NCBI GenBank assembly: GCA_903888345.1
Contig: CAISTG010000061.1
Location: 18,512-82,511 of the forward strand
Source of the DNA: Candidatus Buchananbacteria bacterium
GTDB lineage: Bacteria > Patescibacteriota > Patescibacteriia > 2-01-FULL-39-33
Length of the DNA: 64,000 nucleotides
Reading direction: 5' to 3'
The translations under genes were made by a program, and so were the position numbers. This document shows positions 9,114-19,528 of the stretch, piece by piece. Below the pieces are notes generated by a model, which was not told where the DNA came from, ran no database searches, and saw only the letters and a program-made list of their open reading frames with translations. Numbering within the stretch: the first letter of the stretch is position 1; each line of letters opens with the position of its first letter.

Positions 9114-10028
9114 ATGTCATTAGCAAACATTGATACCCGCAAGACGATTCTTTTAACCGGCGCGACCGGTTATTTGGGCAGTAATTTGCTGCAGGCGTTA
9201 TTAGCTCGATCCGATTATCGGGTGATTGTTTTAAAGCGCTCTTTTTCCAATACTTTTAGAATCAGCAATTGTTTAGATTACGTAACAGCTTACAATCTTG
9301 ATGAAGTGGAATTAGAGTCAGTTTTCCGCGATAATCAGGTTGATTTGATTTTGCATTGTGCGACCGATTATGGTCGTAAAAATGTTAATCCTTTACAGGT
9401 AGTGGAAGCGAATTTGATTTTGCCGTTGAAGCTGATGGAAATCGGCATCAAATATGGCGTTAAGGGATTTATTAATACTGACACTATCTTAGATAAAAGA
9501 ATCAATCATTATTCCTTATCAAAAAAACAGTTTAAGGACTGGCTGATTAGCTATCGTAATGAGTTGATTTGTATCAATGTGGTTTCGGAACATTTTTATG
9601 GCCCCGGTGATGATAAGACGAAATTCGTTTCTTTTGTCATTGATAGTTATTTGCGCCGCGTTGCCAAAATTGAGTTGACCTTAGGTGAGCAAAAAAGAGA
9701 TTTTATTTATATTGATGACATGGTCGATGCTTTTATAAAAATCATCGACTATGCTTTCACTTTAAGTAATGGTTTTTATGAATTTCAAACTGGCAGCGAA
9801 CAAGTGACGACCGTTAAAGATTTAGTGCAAATGATTGGAACTATTTTGGACAATAAAATAACCTATCCTGATTTTGGTGCCTTGCCGTATCGAGAAAATG
9901 AAGTGATGGAGTGCGTCGCCGATACAACGGAATTAAAAAAATTAGGCTGGCAGCCGCAAAACTCGCTGTTGGCTGGCTTGCAAAAAACAATCAAGCAAGA
10001 ATTGAATAATCTAACTGAACAATTATGA
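9114..10028 (+). CDS. SDR-family NDP-sugar reductase, candidate CDP-paratose synthase
   Basis: '[18 protein letters not shown]' Rossmann motif and YxxxK ('YSLSKKQ'). Placed immediately upstream of the tyvelose-epimerase homolog. Confidence 0.55.
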   Translation: MSLANIDTRKTILLTGATGYLGSNLLQALLARSDYRVIVLKRSFSNTFRISNCLDYVTAYNLDEVELESVFRDNQVDLILHCATDYGRKNVNPLQVVEANLILPLKLMEIGIKYGVKGFINTDTILDKRINHYSLSKKQFKDWLISYRNELICINVVSEHFYGPGDDKTKFVSFVIDSYLRRVAKIELTLGEQKRDFIYIDDMVDAFIKIIDYAFTLSNGFYEFQTGSEQVTTVKDLVQMIGTILDNKITYPDFGALPYRENEVMECVADTTELKKLGWQPQNSLLAGLQKTIKQELNNLTEQL

Positions 10029-11044
10029 AATATTTGATAAACGGCGGTTGCGGGTTTCTGGGTGCCAACTTAGCTCAGGCGGTTTTGCAACGAGGCGATG
10101 AGTTGGTTATATTTGATAATTTATCGCGTGTTGGGTCAGAAAAGAATCTGGCCTGGTTACTTGGATTGGGCAAGTTTAAATTTGTTAATGGTGATATTCG
10201 TAATCAGAATGATGTCGAGAGAATTATTAAGGCAGAAAAACCCGAGGTTATTTTTCATTTAGCCGGTCAAGTGGCGATGACCACTTCCATCGAAAATCCA
10301 CGTAAGGATTTTGAAATTAATGCGGGCGGAACCTTTAATCTTTTGGATGCGGTGCGTCAGTTTTCGCCGGAGTCGGTGGTAATCTATTCTTCGACCAATA
10401 AGGTTTATGGGGATTTGGAATGGCTCGAATATTTGGAGCAAGAAAAACGTTATGAAATTAAATCATATCCGCAGGGTTTATCAGAGTCAGTGCCGCTAAA
10501 TTTTTCCTCGCCTTATGGCTGTTCCAAGGGCTCCGCTGACCAGTATATGTTAGATTTTCATCATATTTTCGATTTAAAGACGATCGTTTTTCGTCACTCT
10601 TCCATGTATGGCGGGCGGCAGTTCTCGACTTATGACCAGGGGTGGATTGGTTGGTTTTGCCAGCAAGCGCTTGATACCTCGCTAGGTAAACTGGACAGAC
10701 CTTTTACGATTTCTGGCGATGGCAAGCAAGTTCGTGATGTGCTTCACGCTGAAGACATGATTGATTTGTATTTCGCTGCCGCAGCGCAAGCCGATAAGGT
10801 GAAGGGAGAAGTTTTTAATATTGGTGGCGGCACCCATAATAGTTTATCGCTGCTAGAATTATTTGATTTATTGGAGACGGAGTTGGGGGTTAAATTAAAC
10901 TATACGAAATTGCCAGCACGAGCTAGCGACCAAAAAGTTTTTATTGCCGATGTCAGTAAGGCTAAAAAAATGTTGGGTTGGGAACCGCAGGTTAGTGCTA
11001 TTGCCGGGATTAGAAAAATGCTGGCTTGGCTGCAACAGCAATAA
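10025..11044 (+). CDS. rfbE: CDP-paratose 2-epimerase (CDP-tyvelose epimerase) homolog
   Basis: '[15 protein letters not shown]', '[15 protein letters not shown]', '[16 protein letters not shown]', '[25 protein letters not shown]' and '[21 protein letters not shown]' closely follow the S. Typhi RfbE/Tyv sequence as recalled. Confidence 0.85.
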   Translation: MKYLINGGCGFLGANLAQAVLQRGDELVIFDNLSRVGSEKNLAWLLGLGKFKFVNGDIRNQNDVERIIKAEKPEVIFHLAGQVAMTTSIENPRKDFEINAGGTFNLLDAVRQFSPESVVIYSSTNKVYGDLEWLEYLEQEKRYEIKSYPQGLSESVPLNFSSPYGCSKGSADQYMLDFHHIFDLKTIVFRHSSMYGGRQFSTYDQGWIGWFCQQALDTSLGKLDRPFTISGDGKQVRDVLHAEDMIDLYFAAAAQADKVKGEVFNIGGGTHNSLSLLELFDLLETELGVKLNYTKLPARASDQKVFIADVSKAKKMLGWEPQVSAIAGIRKMLAWLQQQ

Positions 11045-11053
11045 TCAATTATT

Positions 11054-11746
11054 ATGGAACCTAAAGATTTAAGTGTAATTATTCCAGCCTATAAAGAGGC
11101 GGAGAATTTAAAAATAATTCTTCCGCAGCTTGTTGCTGTAATACGAGAATTAGGACAAGCTGAGGTGTTAGTAATCGACACGGTTGAGCCGCTAGACGAA
11201 ACGGCCCAGGTTTGCGAAGCGAATGCCGTCAATTATTATAATCGTCGGGACGGCAATAATTATGGTGATGCCATTAGGACGGGGATAGCGCAAGCAACTG
11301 GTAAGTATACAATCTTCATGGATGCTGACGGATCGCATGACCCCAACTTTATTAAGGCGTTATATGGCTATCGAGCTGATTTTGATATCGTCATTGCTTC
11401 ACGCTATGTTAATGGCGGTGACACGGACAACAGTCGGTTATTAATTTTTATGAGCTTGGCGGTTAATTATATCTATGGCCTCGTGCTAAATATTAAATGT
11501 CAGGATATCTCTAATAGTTTTAAACTTTATCAGACCGCTGATTTGAAGCAACTATCTTTAAAGTGTAATAATTTTGATATTGTAGAAGAAATTATTTATA
11601 AATTGAAAAAACAAAAGGGAGTTCTAAAAATCAAGGAGTTGCCATTCTTGTTTAAAAAAAGGATGTTTGGCGATACCAAAAGGAACCTTTTGCAGTTCAT
11701 TCTGACTTACATCGTGACCTTATATAAACTACGATTCGATAAATAG
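11054..11746 (+). CDS. GT2 glycosyltransferase, polyprenol-phosphate sugar synthase (DPM1/GtrB-like)
   Basis: 'LSVIIPAYKEAENL' and 'FMDADGSHDP' (DxD). Short 230-aa single-domain GT2. Confidence 0.7.
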   Translation: MEPKDLSVIIPAYKEAENLKIILPQLVAVIRELGQAEVLVIDTVEPLDETAQVCEANAVNYYNRRDGNNYGDAIRTGIAQATGKYTIFMDADGSHDPNFIKALYGYRADFDIVIASRYVNGGDTDNSRLLIFMSLAVNYIYGLVLNIKCQDISNSFKLYQTADLKQLSLKCNNFDIVEEIIYKLKKQKGVLKIKELPFLFKKRMFGDTKRNLLQFILTYIVTLYKLRFDK

Positions 11747-11788
11747 TATCACGAGGAAGGGGTGATTACTTAACCATAATGAAAATAT

Positions 11789-14509
11789 TTGCCTATGTCC
11801 GAGTTTAGTAAAATATTCAAAAAAAATATTTTAGCCATCAGTGTATCTGCCGGTTTTATATTTCTGACGATTTGGGCGGGTAATCTTATTTCAGTGGTTA
11901 CCAGCCGCGATATTTTAGATCCACTGAAGGTTACTGTTGAGAGGCTAGACGGTCATCGGCCTAGCTCAGTTAAGGTTTTGGCGACTTTGTCACGGGCGGG
12001 AAATACTATCAATTTGGAGCCGGTAGCTGGCGCGCCTAATCAGTGGGATAATCAGTATAAGACCTTTATCGCCAAGTTGATGCTTGGGTTTAAGGCGGAG
12101 GACTTCGATCAACTGGCAACGGTAGTGGTTGAGTTAGGCGGTAAAAGGTTTGTGTATTCTAAAGAACAGTTTTTGCAGCAGTGGCCGCTGGTTAAGATAA
12201 AAAATGAGGAGTTACTACTTACTGACACAGCGGGCGAATCTCACTACGAAGTCTATGAGGCACCATCAGAGATTAGGGCCAATCCGTTAGCGTTACCCTT
12301 GGTACCGGGAATTTTCAGTAGCCTAAATTTTAATGGTAAAGATAATTTGCTATTGCGACCACTAATTGGTAGTCTCCAGACAGCCAGCTTTATAATTGGT
12401 CTCCTGATCTGGTGGTGTCTATTATGGTGGAGGTTTTTTCGACCAACTAAGACTGTCTCGACCGAGTCAGAATTATTAAATTCACAACGGCAGTTTATGA
12501 TCGGCGGTTTGAGTATTTTAGTCGCAGTGATCGTACTCGCGCTGATTAATGTACTGATTTTGGCCTACTATCGACCGGACACCTCGCAAGTAATTGTTGA
12601 GGCGGCGAAAATTTATCTTAAAGGCACTTTAGCGGCCTTCTTGCCGAAACCAGTTGAACGGCTACAGTTTGTTGTAAGTATCTTGCTGAGTCCGTTTATC
12701 TTGTGGTTATCTTATAGTCAGATCAAGCGACTAATTAATCGATGGTCGGAAAAAATATTGAAACCTGGCTATTACTGGCTGAGTATTTTTATTCCTTTGA
12801 GTTTGTTTGCCGTAATTTATCTGGGCTTGGCGGTAAGTAACTTTTTATATGTCAGTACGAGTTTTTCGTTTGGTTATTTCGGCAAATTCATTTTTGGCTG
12901 GATATTGTTTCCTTTGATGGTCTGGCTAAGTCAGCAGCAGTTTCAACAGCAAAGCCATCGAGTTGGTAAATATTTGCTATATGTAAGTTGTGGTTTTTTT
13001 GCTTTGCTTTCAGCCTTTATAAATACTTTTGCTTCCAATAATCTCGATTTAGTGACGGGTCGCTGGGTGGCCATGCATTTTGATCCGGTTTTTTATGTGA
13101 TGACGCAAGTGATGGCAGGGAAAACTATGTTAGTAAATTTAACCGGATTATATGGGCTTTATCCTATTTTTTTGCAGCCACTATTTAGCTTGATTGGCTT
13201 GAATGTTCTGAAATTTACTTTTGTATTCGGCTTTATTTTTGCTAGTGCCTATTTCTGTATTTTTATTTTTTTGCAACAGCAGGTTAAGAGTCGCTTGATT
13301 TTAGGGTTTAGTTTTTTAACACTTGTTTTCTATGTCTTAGATAATAATGTTAACCCGATTCCTTATTTTCAATATTGGCCCATTCGGACAATCTTTCCTT
13401 GTTTAATGCTGCTACTTGTTTCAATTTATGCCAAGAGCGAAAATAAATTGGTTTATTATTTGGGTTTTATTGTCAGCTCTTTGGCACTGTTGTGGAATTT
13501 TGATTCTGGTATCATCGTCATCCTGGCCTGGCTAATCTCTTTATGTTACTTAGAATTATTTAATAGCGATAAGCGATTGGTGGTTTTCGCTTTAGTCCGC
13601 CATTTTTTGGTGAGTCTAAGTTCTTTAGTGGTGGTGCTGGGCGTTTATGGTTTGTATACGTTTGGTCGCAGTGGAAGCTGGCCGAATTTACAGTTATTAT
13701 GGCAATATCAAAAAATGTTTGTTGCTGGCTATTTCTTGATTCCGATGCCTTTTCCGCACCTTTGGGTCGCTGTCGCCCTTGTCTTTTTGATTGGCCTGTT
13801 AATTCCAATTATGATTTGGCTTGATGATAAGTCGCGTCGCGAGCGGGGGTTTGTTATGCTTTTTGTAACTGTTCTGGGCTTAGGTCTGTTTAGTTATTAT
13901 GAGGGGCGTTCGCACGATTTGACTTTCTATAGCCCGCTCTATACTGTCATTATTTTGTTGGCCTTACTGGCTGATGGCGCTTACGCGAAATATTTAAAAC
14001 ATCAAATAAATTACGGTCTGGGCCTAATACTGTTAATGGTAATCTTTTTTATTTCCGCGGCACCGTTTAATTTGTTGTTTAATCTCGGTAAATATTATTC
14101 TTGGGTCGGTCCGCATGCGGTGGCAGCGGCTTCCCAAAAATCAACAAGTCTAACGAGAAATGTCGCCTTTATTAAACAGCATACGGTAGTGGGGGAGCGG
14201 ATTTTAATAGTGGCCAGAGATTCTAATGATGGTATTTATTATGGAGAATCGCAAACGCGGGCCGCCTTGTCTTTGCCGGCGTCAACTGACATATTTTTCC
14301 AATCAGAAATCGATCGCTTAGCCAGTTTTTTATTATGTAATCAATCGGTCAAAGTGTTTATTTATCCTTATAGTAGCTTCAGCTTTGATGATCAACGAGT
14401 TCAGCAAAGTATTAAGAATGATTATGTGGCGACGGCAATCAGCCAAGATGATATGGCCCTAGTTAATAATACACAAGTGCGACAAAACGCTTGTGACTTA
14501 AATAAGTAA
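11789..14509 (+). CDS. Large polytopic membrane protein (906 aa), candidate GT-C glycosyltransferase
   Basis: N-terminal TM anchor, soluble segment, then about 15 hydrophobic helices and a C-terminal soluble domain. Location next to a polyprenol-P-sugar synthase suggests a lipid-linked-donor glycosyltransferase. No diagnostic motif recognised. Confidence 0.35.
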   Translation: MPMSEFSKIFKKNILAISVSAGFIFLTIWAGNLISVVTSRDILDPLKVTVERLDGHRPSSVKVLATLSRAGNTINLEPVAGAPNQWDNQYKTFIAKLMLGFKAEDFDQLATVVVELGGKRFVYSKEQFLQQWPLVKIKNEELLLTDTAGESHYEVYEAPSEIRANPLALPLVPGIFSSLNFNGKDNLLLRPLIGSLQTASFIIGLLIWWCLLWWRFFRPTKTVSTESELLNSQRQFMIGGLSILVAVIVLALINVLILAYYRPDTSQVIVEAAKIYLKGTLAAFLPKPVERLQFVVSILLSPFILWLSYSQIKRLINRWSEKILKPGYYWLSIFIPLSLFAVIYLGLAVSNFLYVSTSFSFGYFGKFIFGWILFPLMVWLSQQQFQQQSHRVGKYLLYVSCGFFALLSAFINTFASNNLDLVTGRWVAMHFDPVFYVMTQVMAGKTMLVNLTGLYGLYPIFLQPLFSLIGLNVLKFTFVFGFIFASAYFCIFIFLQQQVKSRLILGFSFLTLVFYVLDNNVNPIPYFQYWPIRTIFPCLMLLLVSIYAKSENKLVYYLGFIVSSLALLWNFDSGIIVILAWLISLCYLELFNSDKRLVVFALVRHFLVSLSSLVVVLGVYGLYTFGRSGSWPNLQLLWQYQKMFVAGYFLIPMPFPHLWVAVALVFLIGLLIPIMIWLDDKSRRERGFVMLFVTVLGLGLFSYYEGRSHDLTFYSPLYTVIILLALLADGAYAKYLKHQINYGLGLILLMVIFFISAAPFNLLFNLGKYYSWVGPHAVAAASQKSTSLTRNVAFIKQHTVVGERILIVARDSNDGIYYGESQTRAALSLPASTDIFFQSEIDRLASFLLCNQSVKVFIYPYSSFSFDDQRVQQSIKNDYVATAISQDDMALVNNTQVRQNACDLNK

Positions 14510-14517
14510 CATAATTT

Positions 14518-15879
14518 ATGAATGAATTGTATGGCTATCTAAAGTACGCTGGGGGCCGTTTGTTGGTCCGGCTCTTTGGGCTCAAGGTATTTTCATATTC
14601 CAGCATTAATGAGGATAATATTATCGATTGGTTAACGGGTTACAAACGGGAGGGTACTTACATCGATATTGGCGCTAATAATCCCGACGTTACCAATAAT
14701 ACTAAGTTATTCTATCTGCGAGGTTGGCGAGGCATAAATATTGAACCCGCTCAGCATGAATTTGGACTCCTGGAGCTGGCGCGTCCTGGTGATACTAATT
14801 ACAATTGTGCGATTGGAACCGGCATAGTGACCTTTTTCGAGGGTGAGGACGATAATACTGGCAATACCTTTGATTATAAACTGGCGACCGAGCGCCACTT
14901 AAAACGAAGCCGCCAGTTGACTTTGAAACCTTTAAGTGAGATTTTTTCGGAGAATAAATTGACCCATGTCGACTTTATCTCCATCGATGTTGAGGGTTAC
15001 GAGGTGGAAGTTTTAAAAAGCAATGATTGGACCAAATACCAGGCGGATGTCTTGTGTATTGAGGGAAGTGGTTATAGTTATTTGAAGCAGTTTGGTTATC
15101 GAAAAGTTTTTTGGGACGGTCATAATAGTTATTATAAATTGTTTAAAAAATTTCATTTTATGTCCAAGCTTAAAGAGTATGTTATTGATCATGGTTTTTG
15201 GTATAAGCTTTATCTTAAGTTAAAGTTAAGGTTTGATTCGACTGCTGGCATTACAAAACAACAAATAGCTGAGCAGTTAGGACCGCGTCCGGTTATTCTG
15301 GAAATCGGTGCTCATGTGGGCAGCGATACGGTTGAAATGTCGGTGTTGTGGCCTCAAGGAAAAATTTATGCGTTTGAGCCATTGCCGGATATCTTTAAAC
15401 GCCTGAAATTTAAAACTAAGAATTTTAGTAATATTGAATTGATTCCCGCTGCTGTTACTGATCACGATACGGGCGGAACGCAAGAAATGTTCGTCAGTAC
15501 GGTCTCTGATGCTTCCAGCTCACTCTTAAAGCCGAAAGATCATTTGTTATATTGCCCGGATATCAGTTTTTCGGAAGCCACCACGCCAATCAGAACGGTT
15601 ATTTTAAGTGATTGGCTGAGAAGCAAAAAGATTGAAAAAATCGATTTGATTTGGATCGATGCGCAAGGAATGGAATTGAATATTTTTAAATCCTTGGGCG
15701 AGCAAATTAGTAACGTTAGTTGTATTTATACCGAAGTGTCCTTGACCGAGTTTTATGAAGGGTCAGGAACTTATGAAGATATCAAAACTTATCTTGGTGG
15801 GTTCGGCTTTATTTTGATCGCGGATGATTTTCAGTCAGGCCAGTTGATGGGCAATGCTTTATTTAAAAAAAATCAATAA
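14518..15879 (+). CDS. Tandem FkbM-family SAM-dependent methyltransferase (two FkbM domains)
   Basis: Domain 1: 'YIDIGANNPDVTNNT...GINIEP...ISIDVEGYEVEVL'. Domain 2: 'ILEIGAHVGSDT...IYAFEPLPDIF...IWIDAQGMELNIF'. Both match the FkbM (Methyltransf_21) pattern. Confidence 0.7.
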   Translation: MNELYGYLKYAGGRLLVRLFGLKVFSYSSINEDNIIDWLTGYKREGTYIDIGANNPDVTNNTKLFYLRGWRGINIEPAQHEFGLLELARPGDTNYNCAIGTGIVTFFEGEDDNTGNTFDYKLATERHLKRSRQLTLKPLSEIFSENKLTHVDFISIDVEGYEVEVLKSNDWTKYQADVLCIEGSGYSYLKQFGYRKVFWDGHNSYYKLFKKFHFMSKLKEYVIDHGFWYKLYLKLKLRFDSTAGITKQQIAEQLGPRPVILEIGAHVGSDTVEMSVLWPQGKIYAFEPLPDIFKRLKFKTKNFSNIELIPAAVTDHDTGGTQEMFVSTVSDASSSLLKPKDHLLYCPDISFSEATTPIRTVILSDWLRSKKIEKIDLIWIDAQGMELNIFKSLGEQISNVSCIYTEVSLTEFYEGSGTYEDIKTYLGGFGFILIADDFQSGQLMGNALFKKNQ

Positions 15880-15886
15880 TCAGCTT

Positions 15887-16858
15887 ATGACCAATCCACT
15901 TTTAAGTATTTGTATACCCACCTATAATCGAGCGAATTATTTGGCTGAAAGCCTAGCCGCGATAGTGGTTCAGTTTCAGAATCACCCTGAGTTACTGACG
16001 GAGGTTGAAGTGATTATTTCTGATAATGCGAGCACCGACACCACCGCGCTCGTGGCGCAGAAGTATCGGGCGGAATATCCTAATATTACTTACTTTTGTA
16101 ATGACAAAAACCTCGGTAGCGATGAAAATTATATTAGCGCTGTGGGTCACTCTAATGGCGAGTATGGCTGGTTGATTGGCGATGATGATTATATTGTCGG
16201 CGGTGGAATAAAATTCGTTGTTGATTATTTGCGTCATAATCAAGTTTCTGTTTTAACGGTTGAATCTCGCACTTTTGTAAGTGTGGCCGAGGTCTTAACT
16301 TCGAGATTGACAGTGACCCCTGAATTGTTGGTTAGAACCAACTCCCATGACAATTTTTTTAAACAAGGATATTGTATCGGCTTGCTGTGCTCAATCATCT
16401 TCCGTCGCTCCTTATGGCTAGCCGTCGATCGGGCTAATTATCGGCCCGGCTGGTCATATTATGAGATTGCTCTCAAGTTAATGGCTCAATCAAGCTTGCC
16501 GATGGTTCACTTAAGTTGCCCGCTGGTGATTACCAGAGAAGATAGTTTGTGGGTTAAGGACGGAACCGAGTTCTTTTTCTTTATTAATTGGAAAAAGATT
16601 TTAGAAAAACTAGCAGATTTCGGTTATAATCGGACCTATCTCCAGTCCCGGGTTGATGAATTAGCAAAACATTTATTGATTATTTTATTGCGCGCTAAAG
16701 GTCATGATTTGCGTTGCTCAATTGCTAACTATAAATTATTGTCGGCGGAATTTAAAAGTTATCCAGGCTGGTTGTTGCTGGCGACGGTTATTTATCCGAT
16801 GCCAAATAACTTAGTTAAAGCCGTCAGAGACTTAAAAAAATACCTTAAACACTCTTGA
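15887..16858 (+). CDS. GT2 glycosyltransferase
   Basis: 'LSICIPTYNRANYL' and 'VIISDNASTDTT'. Start placed at the ATG 8 nt after the upstream stop (the listed ORF starts at 15854, overlapping). Confidence 0.75.
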   Translation: MTNPLLSICIPTYNRANYLAESLAAIVVQFQNHPELLTEVEVIISDNASTDTTALVAQKYRAEYPNITYFCNDKNLGSDENYISAVGHSNGEYGWLIGDDDYIVGGGIKFVVDYLRHNQVSVLTVESRTFVSVAEVLTSRLTVTPELLVRTNSHDNFFKQGYCIGLLCSIIFRRSLWLAVDRANYRPGWSYYEIALKLMAQSSLPMVHLSCPLVITREDSLWVKDGTEFFFFINWKKILEKLADFGYNRTYLQSRVDELAKHLLIILLRAKGHDLRCSIANYKLLSAEFKSYPGWLLLATVIYPMPNNLVKAVRDLKKYLKHS

Positions 16859-16859
16859 T

Positions 16860-17693
16860 ATGAGTAACATTTCTTTTGTAATTTTTACCTTTAACGAAGA
16901 AAAAAGAATCGAAGCAGCTATCCGTAATTTCATTAATTACGGACCGGTTATAATCATGGATGGCGGCAGTACTGACGCGACCCAGGAAATTTCGGAGTGG
17001 CTCGGAGCGAAATTTGTTTTGCGTCCCAAGACCGATAAGTTATTTGTGGAGAACGCCGAAAACTATGAGGTAGTCCTAGCCAATGTTACGACCGATTGGA
17101 TTTACTGGGGCTATGCCGATAATTTAGCGCCCCTGAGCTTGATTAGAAAGCTCGTCGCCTTATCGCAACAGACAAAATACAAATATGTAATTGTGCCTCT
17201 TTATACCTATTTATGGGGGGAGACTAAGCAACCGGCACTGAAGGGTGCGATGCCATGTATTTTTATGAAACAATTTCTTGATTTCAATAACAACCATATT
17301 CATGGCATGGGTAGGTTTCTGGGTCGCAGTGATGAAATCTTATCCTTACCTAATCAGGACGAATTCGCCTTGCGGCATTTTAGTCTCTACGACCTCAATA
17401 AATTCGTGATGGGGCATTTACGTTATGCCCAGGCAGAGGCTGATTTTAAATTCGAAAGTGGCAATAAATTTTCATTACTTAAATTGGGACGCGGCATGGT
17501 CGGTTATTTTTTAATGTACATCAGGGGCGGCTATAAAAATGGAACCCGGGGATTATTAGTCAGTTTGGCTTATGCATTTTTTAGGTTTCTAGTCTATTTC
17601 AGATTATTTGAATTAGAAAACAACCTAACTTTAGAATCTATTGAAGCCGAATATCAAAAAGAAAAAAATAAAATAATTAGTAATTTAAATTAA
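16860..17693 (+). CDS. GT2-like glycosyltransferase
   Basis: 'ISFVIFTFNEEKRIEAAI...IIMDGGSTDAT' is a GT2-like N-terminus. Confidence 0.55.
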   Translation: MSNISFVIFTFNEEKRIEAAIRNFINYGPVIIMDGGSTDATQEISEWLGAKFVLRPKTDKLFVENAENYEVVLANVTTDWIYWGYADNLAPLSLIRKLVALSQQTKYKYVIVPLYTYLWGETKQPALKGAMPCIFMKQFLDFNNNHIHGMGRFLGRSDEILSLPNQDEFALRHFSLYDLNKFVMGHLRYAQAEADFKFESGNKFSLLKLGRGMVGYFLMYIRGGYKNGTRGLLVSLAYAFFRFLVYFRLFELENNLTLESIEAEYQKEKNKIISNLN

Positions 17694-17705
17694 TATACTT
17701 CATTT

Positions 17706-18503
17706 ATGATCACAGTTATCACGGCCATTTATAAATCCGATAATTATCTTGAGGCCTATGCCCGACGATTACAAAAATTTGCGGAAACCTTAAAGCAAGC
17801 CAAGCGGGAGTTTGAGGTAATTATTGTGCCGCAATTGCCATCAACGAAGGAACAGGCAATTCTCAAGTCATTGGCAGCTTCCCCTTGGCTTAGGATTCAA
17901 GAAAATAGTAAGCCGTCGCTTTATGCCGCTTGGAATACAGGATTACGTTTAGCTCGGGGCGAGGCGATTTGTTTTTGGAATGCCGATGATGTCAGAACGC
18001 CAGCCGCCGTAATTGCTGGTGCTAAATTAATTGGCGAGGGGGCGGAGTTTGTTTATTTCCCTTTTATTATTCGCTGGTATCTAAAATTGTTCGGCGTATC
18101 CCTTTTAGTGAAGTGGAAATATATTGATTGCTTAAATTTGACTCAAGAAGATTTTAAAAGATCAATGCCCTTTGCCTCCTTTTGGATGGGTAGCAAAAGC
18201 TTATTCGAGAAGGTTGGACCATTTGACGAACAATTTAAGATCGTCTCCGATTTCGATTATTCCGTTCGCGCTGGCAAGGCAACTGATAAATTTGTCCGTT
18301 CCGAAGTTCTGGCCGGATATTTTCGCGTTGATGGCAATGGTCTCAGTTCTGGCGGTAAACCATTACATACTGCCGAAAACAATATTGTTTGCCGACGCCA
18401 CGGCATTAATGATAAAATAGTTCCAGGCTTTGATGAATTGGAAAGCAAGTATCAAGTCGATAAAATAAAATTAAACGGCGAATATGTTGAATATAATTTC
18501 TAG
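17706..18503 (+). CDS. GT2-like glycosyltransferase
   Basis: 'MITVITAIYKSDNYL' and 'AAWNTGLRLARGEAICFWNADD' (DxD-like). Confidence 0.5.
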   Translation: MITVITAIYKSDNYLEAYARRLQKFAETLKQAKREFEVIIVPQLPSTKEQAILKSLAASPWLRIQENSKPSLYAAWNTGLRLARGEAICFWNADDVRTPAAVIAGAKLIGEGAEFVYFPFIIRWYLKLFGVSLLVKWKYIDCLNLTQEDFKRSMPFASFWMGSKSLFEKVGPFDEQFKIVSDFDYSVRAGKATDKFVRSEVLAGYFRVDGNGLSSGGKPLHTAENNIVCRRHGINDKIVPGFDELESKYQVDKIKLNGEYVEYNF

Positions 18504-19521
18504 ATCAATCGTTGAAGGTGGGATTAATGGACCGCAAAAAGTCGTGGCCAACCTGATAAAGGGCCTCGATCTTTTGGGTTATCCTTATTGCTTAAATAAA
18601 GAATTGTCGGCTACTTCACAGTTGTGGATACACGATGATCCAATAGCTTTAAGGGAGGCGGGCAAACGGAAATTATCGGCGATAGTTGGGCCTAATATTT
18701 ATATTTTGCCGCGTAATATTCCAGCCAGTATCAATCTATCAAAATTCGTATATGTTTTTCCTTCAAAATGGTCTGCCGATTTTTGGAAAGACTTTGGCTT
18801 TGATCGCTGTCGCCAGGATTATTGGCCGACGGGAGTTGATGCGGCCGAATTTCCCGAGCGGCCACAGCCGGATGACGGAATTGTCTTACTCTATTTTAAA
18901 CAACGTTATTCGGAGGAGCTGGAGTTTACTAAGTCGATCTTGACCGCGGCGGGCCTAAAGTTCGAGACCATTATTTATGGTGCTTATGACCAAAAAAACT
19001 ATTTAGAGTTGTTGCAAAAAACAAAGTATATTATTTGGCTGGGGCGACAAGAAAGCCAAGGCATCGCCTTAGAAGAAGCGCTGGCGATGAATGTGCCAAT
19101 TTTGGTTTGGGACGTGCAAAATATCGGTCATTGGATTCCGACCCGTAAGGAAAGTAAAATTTTTAATGCTGCCGAAGCGGCTTATCCGCAGGCCACGGCC
19201 GCCTATTATTTTGATGAGCGCTGCGGCTTTAAGACTAAAGAAAAATCAGCAATAGAAAATTTAGTTAAAACGATGGAAGCGCAATGGCGCAATTTCGAAC
19301 CCCGGGAATATGTTTTGGAAAAGCTTAGCTTGGCGGGTCAGGCGCGAGCGATGATCGATTTTTTTGAAAAGTATTTTGGCGTCACTTTTGAGAGCGGAAA
19401 AAATGAGTCGATTAAGAACGGGCGGAAATGGAGAAATGATCGCTGGTATTTTAAGGCCTCAATGTATTTGAAGGCGCGAATTAAAAAAGTAATTAAACAA
19501 TTAAAAAAAATAATTAACTAA
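18484..19521 (+). CDS. GT-B fold glycosyltransferase (GT1/GT4-like)
   Basis: C-terminal 'QESQGIALEEALAMNVPILVWD' resembles the GT4 'EGFGLxxLEAMAxGxPVI' donor-binding motif. Confidence 0.45.
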   Translation: MLNIISRSIVEGGINGPQKVVANLIKGLDLLGYPYCLNKELSATSQLWIHDDPIALREAGKRKLSAIVGPNIYILPRNIPASINLSKFVYVFPSKWSADFWKDFGFDRCRQDYWPTGVDAAEFPERPQPDDGIVLLYFKQRYSEELEFTKSILTAAGLKFETIIYGAYDQKNYLELLQKTKYIIWLGRQESQGIALEEALAMNVPILVWDVQNIGHWIPTRKESKIFNAAEAAYPQATAAYYFDERCGFKTKEKSAIENLVKTMEAQWRNFEPREYVLEKLSLAGQARAMIDFFEKYFGVTFESGKNESIKNGRKWRNDRWYFKASMYLKARIKKVIKQLKKIIN

Positions 19522-19528
19522 CGTCAAT

